From Eledone cirrhosa (taxonomy: Eukaryota): a stretch of 64,000 bases of DNA. This document shows positions 58,136 to 64,000 of the stretch, piece after piece; position 1 is the first letter of the stretch; each line of letters begins with the position of its first letter. The stretch is taken from contig OZ024742.1 of assembly GCA_964016885.1 (NCBI GenBank), forward strand, positions 162,440,001-162,504,000, in the 5' to 3' direction. The notes below the pieces were generated by a model. It did no database searches and was not told the origin of the DNA. It saw only the letters and a program-made list of their open reading frames with translations. The translations under genes were made by a program, and so were the position numbers.

Positions 58136-59188
58136 AGGGCAAGGTAAACTATAGTGGATTGTGTAGTTTTACTGTGTTCAGGGCAAGGTAATTTATAGTG
58201 GTTTGTGTAGTTTTACTGTGTTCAGGGCAATGTAAGTTATAGTGGATTGTGTAGTTTTACTGTGTTCAGGGCAAGGTAAGTTTTAGTGGATTGTGTAGTT
58301 TTACTGTGTTCAGAGCAAGGTAACTTATAGTGGATTGTGTAGTTTTACTCTGTTCAGGGCCAGTTAAGTTATAGTGGATTGTGTAGTTTTACTGTGTTCA
58401 GGGCCAGTTAAGTTATAGTGGATTGTGTAGTTTTACTGTGTTCAGGGCAAGGTAAGTTATAGTGGATTGTCTAGCTTTACTGTGTTTAGAGCAAGGTAAT
58501 TTATAGTGGTTTGTGTAGTTTTACTGTGTTCAGGGCCAGTTAAGTTATAGTGGATTGTGTAGTTTTACTGTGTTCAGGGCCAGTTAAGTTATAGTGGATT
58601 GTGTAGTTTTACTGTGTTCAGGGCAAGGTAAGTTATAGTGGATTGTCTAGCTTTACTGTGTTTAGAGCAAGGTAATTTATAGTGGTTTGTGTAGTTTTAC
58701 TGTGTTCAGGGCCAGTTAAGTTATAGTGGATTGTGTAGTTTTACTGTGTTCAGGGCAAGGTAAGTTATAGTGGATTGTCTAGCTTTACTGTGTTTAGAGC
58801 AAGGTAATTTATAGTGGTTTGTGTAGTTTTACTGTGTTCAGGGCCAGTTAAGTTATAGTGGATTGTGTAGTTTTACTGTGTTCAGGGCCAGTTAAGTTAT
58901 AGTGGATTGTGTAGTTTTACTGTGTTCAGGGCAAGGTAAGTTATAGTGGATTGTCTAGCTTTACTGTGTTTAGAGCAAGGTAATTTATAGTGGTTTGTGT
59001 AGTTTTACTGTGTTCAGGGCCAGTTAAGTTATAGTGGATTGTGTAGTTTTACTGTGTTCAGGGCAAGGTAAGTTATAGTGGATTATGGAGTTTTACTGTG
59101 TTTAGAGCAAGGTAATTTATAGTGCTTTGTGTAGTTTTAATGTGTTCAGGGCAAAGTAAGTTATAGTGGATTGTGTAGTTTTACTGTG
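58136..59188. repeat. Satellite C: 44-bp monomer AGGGCAAGGTAAGTTATAGTGGATTGTGTAGTTTTACTGTGTTC, 24 copies, with higher-order repeats
   Basis: Units start at 58136, 58180, 58224 ... 59148 at exact 44-bp spacing with no indels. The last unit is truncated by 3 bp. Confidence 0.97.
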
Positions 59189-59190
59189 GG

Positions 59191-62100
59191 TAGGTAACGT
59201 CACCCTCCCAAGATAGGTAACGTCACCATCCTAACATAGGTAATGGCACTCTCCCAACATAGGTAATGGCACCCTCCTAACATAGGTAACGGGACCCTCC
59301 CAATATAGGTAAGGTCACCATCCTAACATAGGTAATGGCACTCTCCTAACATAGGTAACGGCACCCTCCAAACATAGGTAACGACACCCTTCCAACATAG
59401 GTAATGGCACTCTCCCAACATAGGTAACGACACCCTTCTAACATAGGTAATGGCACCCTCCTAACATAGGTAACGACACCCTCCTAACATAGGTAATGGC
59501 ATTCTCCCAACATAGGTCTCGGCACTCTCCCAACATAGGTAATGGCACCCTCCTAACATAGGTAATGGCACCCTTCCAATATAGGTAATGGTACCCTCCT
59601 AACATAGGTAACGGCACCCTCATAACCTAGGTAATGGCATTCTCCCAACATAGGTAACGGCACCCTCCCAACATAGGTAACGGTACTCTCACAACATAGG
59701 TAAAGATACCCTCCCAACCTAGGTAACGGCACTCTCCCAACATAGGTAACGGCACCCTCCCAACATAAGTAACGGCACTCTCCTAACATAGGTAACGGCA
59801 GCCTCCTAACATAGGTAATGACACACTTCGAACAAAGAAAGGCACCCTCCGAACATAGGTAACGGCACCCTCCTATCATAGGTAATGGCACGCTCGCAAC
59901 ATAGGTAACGACCCTCTCCTAACATAGGTAACGGCACCCTTCCAACATAGGTATTGCTAACCTCCTAACATAGGTAACGGCACCCTTCCAACATAGGTAA
60001 ATGCACACTCCTAACATAGGTAACGGCGCCCTCCCAACATAGGTAATGGCACTTTCCCAAAATAGGTAACGGCACCCTCCTAACATAGGTAATGGCACTC
60101 TGCCAACTTAAGTAACAGCACCCTCCCTACATATGTAATGGAACTCTCCCAATATAGGTAACGGCACCATCCCAACATAGGTAACGGCACACTCCCAACA
60201 TAGGTAACGGCACCCTCCAAACATAGGTAACGGCACCCTCCGAACATAGGTAAGCGCACCCTTCCAACATAGGTAATGGCACCCTCCCAACATAGGTAAT
60301 GGCACCCTCCCAACATAGGTAACGGCACTCTCCTAACATAGGTAATGGCACTCTCCCAACATATGTAACGTCACCCTCCTAATATAGGTAACGGCACCCT
60401 TCCAACATAGGTAATCGCACCCTCCCAACATAGGAAACGGCACCCTTCCATCATAGGTAATGGCACCCCCTAACATAGGTAATGGCACCCTCCCAACATA
60501 GGTAATGTCACTCTCCCAACATAGGAAGCGGCACCTCCCAACATAGGTAACGGTGCCCTCCTAAGATAGGTAACGGCACCCTCCCAACATAGGTAATGGC
60601 ACCCTCCCAACATGGGTAACAGCACTCTCCTAACATAGGTAACGACACCCTTCCAACATAGGTAATGGCACCCTCCTAACATAGGTAACGGAACCCTGCC
60701 AAAATAGGTAACGTCACACTCCTAACAGAGGTAACGGCACCCTCCCAACATAGATAACCACACCCTCCTAACATAGGTAACGGCACCCTTCCAACATAGG
60801 TAAAGACAGCCTCCTAACATAGGTAACGGCACCCTCCTAATATAGGTAATGACACTCTCCCGACATAGGTAACGGCACCATACTAACATAGGTAAAGGCA
60901 CTCTCCTAACATAGGTAACGGCACCCTCCCAACATAGGTAATGGCACCCTCCTAACATAGGTAACGGCACCCTCCTAACATAGATAATGGCATTCTCAGA
61001 ACATATGTCACGGCACCCTCCCATCATAGGTAAAGGCACTCTCCCAACATAGGTAACGGCACCCTGCCAACATAGGTAACGTCACAATCCTAACATAGGT
61101 GATGGCACTCTCCCAACATAGGTAATGGCACCCTCCTAACAAGTTAATGGCACCCTTCCAATATAGGTAATGTTACCCTCATAACATAGGTAACGGCATT
61201 CTCATAACCTAGGTAATGGCATTCTCCCAACATAGGTACGGCACCTTCCCAACATAGGTAATGGCAAACTCCCAACATAGGTAACGGCACCCTCCCAACG
61301 TAGGTAATGGCACTCTCCCAACATAGGTAACGGCACCCTCCCAGAATAGGTAATGAGACCCTGCTAACATTGGTAATGTCACCCTTCCAATATAGGTAAC
61401 AGCACCCTCCCAACATAGATAACGGCACCCTTCCAACATAGGTAATGGCACCCTCCTAACATAGGTAACGGCACCCTCATAACATAGGTAACGGCAACCT
61501 CCTAACATAGGTAATGGCAATCTCCTAACATAGTTAACGGCACCCTCCCAACATAGATAACGGCACCCTCCCAACATAGGTAGCGACAATCTACTAAGAT
61601 AGGTAATGGCACTCTCCAAACATAGGTAACGGCACCCTTCCAACATAGGTAATGGCACCCTCCTCACATAGTTAACGGCACCCTCCCAACATATATAATG
61701 GCACCCTCCTAACATAGGTAACGGCACCCTTCCAACATAGGTAAAGCACCCTCCTAACATAGGTAACGGCACTCTCCTAACTTAGGTGATGGCACACTCC
61801 CAACATAGGAAACGGCACCCTCCCAACATAGGTATCGGCAGCCTTCCATCATAGATAACGGCACCCTCCCAACATAGGTAACGGCACTCTCGCAACATAT
61901 GTAACAGCACCCTCCCAACATAGGTAACGACACTCTCCTAATATGGGTAACGGTACTCTCCCAACATATGTAACGGCACCCTTCGAATATATTTAATGGC
62001 ACCATCCTAACATAGGTAACGATACCCTCCCAACATAGGTAACGGCATCCTCCATCATAGGTAATGGCACCCTCCTAACATAGGTAATGGCACCCTCCTA

Positions 62101-64000
62101 ACATAGGTAACGGCACCCTTCCAGCATAGGTAAAGCACCATCCTAACATAGGTAACGGCACTCTCCTAACATACGTAATGGCACACTCCCAACATAGGCA
62201 ACGATACCCTCCCAACACAGGTAATGGCACCCTTCCATCATAGGTAACAGCACCCTCCCATCATAGGTAACGGCCCTCTCCCTACATAGGTAATGGTACC
62301 CTCCTAACATAGGTCACGGCACCCTCCTAACATACGTAACGGCACCCTCTTAACATAGGTAATGGCACTCTCCCAACATATTTAACGGCATTCTCCCAAC
62401 ATAGGTAACGGTACCCTCCCGACATAGGTAACGGCACCCTCCTAACATAGGTAATGTCACCCTACTAACATAGGTAACGGCACCCTCCCAACATATGTAA
62501 CGGCACCCTCCTAACATAGGTAACGGCACTCTTCCAACATAGGTAATCGCACCCTCCCAACATAGGTAACGGCACCCTCCCAACATAGGTAATGGCACCC
62601 TGCTCACATAGGTAACGGCACCCTCCCAATATAGGTAACGGCACCCTCCTAACATAGGTAACGGCACCCTCCCAACATAGGTAATGGCACCTTCCTAACA
62701 TAGGTAAAGGCACTCTCCTAACTTAGGTAAAGGCACTCTCCTAACATAGGTAACGGCACCCTCCCAACATAGGTAATGGCACCCTGCTAACATAGGAAAC
62801 GGCACCCTCCCAAAATAGGTAACGGCACCCTCCTAACATAGGTAACGGCACTCTTCCAACATAGGTAATGGCAACCTCTTAACATAGGTAACGGCACCCT
62901 CCCAACATAGGTAACGGCACCCTCCTAACATAGGTAACGGCACCCTTCCAACATAGGTAAAGACAGCCTCCTAACATAGGTAACGGCAATCTCCCAACAT
63001 AGGTAACAGCACCCTTTTTATATAGGTAATGAAACACTTCGTACACGTAAAGGCACCCTCCTAACATAGTTAACGGTACTCTCCCAACATAGGTAACGGC
63101 ACCATCCTAACATTGGTAATGACACACTTTCAACATAGGTAACGGCATTCTTCCAACATAGGTAACGGCATCCTCCTAACATAGGTAATGGCATTCTCCC
63201 AACATATGTAACGGTACCCTCCTAACATAGGTAATGGCACCCTTCCAATATAGGTAATGGCACCCTTCTAACATAGGTAATGGCATTCTCCCAACATAGG
63301 TAACGGCACCCTCCCAACATAGGTAATGGCAAACTCCCAACATAGGTAACGGCACCCTCCCAACATAGATAACGGCAGCCTCCAAACATATGTAACGCCA
63401 CCCTTCCAACATAGGTAATGGCACCCTCCCAGCATAGGTAACGACACCCGCCGAACATAGGTAATGGCACTCTCCCAACATATGTAACGGTACCCTCTTA
63501 ACATAGGTAACGGCAGCCTCCCAACACAGGTAGTGGCACTCTCCCAACATAGGTTACGGCACTCTCCCAACACAGGTAACGACACCGTCCCACCATAGGT
63601 AACGGCACTCTCCTAACATAGGTAACGGCACTCTCCTAACAGGTAACGGCACCCTCCTAACATAGGTAACGGCACTCTCCTAACAGGTAACGGCACCCTC
63701 CTAACATAGGTAACGGCACCCTTCCAACATAGGTAATGGCACTCTCCCAACATAGGTAACGACACCCTTCCAACATAGGTAATGAAACCCTCCTAACATA
63801 GGTAACGACAACCTTCTAACATAGGTAATGGCATACTCCCAACATAGGTCACGGCACCCTCCCAACATAGGTAATGGCACTCTCCCAACATAGGTTATGG
63901 CACCCTCCTAACAAAGGTAATGTCACCCTTCCAATATAGGTAATGGCACCCTCCTAACATAGGTAACGGCACCCTCATAACCTAGGTAATGGCATTCTCC
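59191..64000. repeat. Satellite B, right block, ~210 monomers; continues past the right window edge
   Basis: Same 23-bp monomer and orientation as the main block, resuming at TAGGTAACGTCACC right after satellite C. Confidence 0.98.

Noticed and set aside
56925-59190. The island as an intact MITE or Helitron
   Set aside because: I found no terminal inverted repeats, short TSD, TC...CTRR termini or subterminal hairpin at its boundaries.
18016-63585. Numerous minus-strand ORFs of the type YLCWEGAVTYVGRVPLPMLGGCR
   Set aside because: They are the 23-bp monomer read through three frames. The same peptide appears in all frames and stops depend on the TAG/TGG monomer variant, so there is no sign of coding constraint.
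18120-64000. CRISPR-like array (23-bp and 44-bp periodicities)
   Set aside because: The monomers are head-to-tail with no unique spacers. The variable positions are point variants of one consensus, and there are no cas genes or leader.
18120-64000. Telomeric repeat (TTAGG within the monomer; 23-bp length like some yeast telomere units)
   Set aside because: TTAGG occurs at most once per monomer and only in some variants. The array is heterogeneous, interrupted and block-duplicated, unlike telomerase-templated repeats.

Overview
This window is eukaryotic (probably animal) heterochromatin-like or giant-intron DNA that is about 97% tandem repeat. I find no credible protein-coding gene, RNA gene or CRISPR array. 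Layout: (1) 1-18097, satellite A, monomer (GA)GAGGTAATGAGTGTCT(GT)n, mostly 22-28 bp; (2) one inverted monomer of the next satellite at 18098-18123; (3) about 18120-64000, satellite B, a 23-bp monomer AACATAGGTAAYGGCACYCTCCY. Satellite B is interrupted by (4) a 235-bp solo-LTR-like insertion with a GCAC target-site duplication at 56193-56427 and (5) a 2.3-kb island at 56925-59190. The island holds 47/49-bp minisatellites, about 0.9 kb of unique DNA and a 24-copy 44-bp satellite with higher-order structure. Nearly all supplied ORFs are translations of the satellites. The most intriguing pattern is that all three major satellites carry the splice-donor core AG|GTAA on the + strand, and two also carry acceptor-like context. 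Any functional reading of that pattern is hypothesis only.
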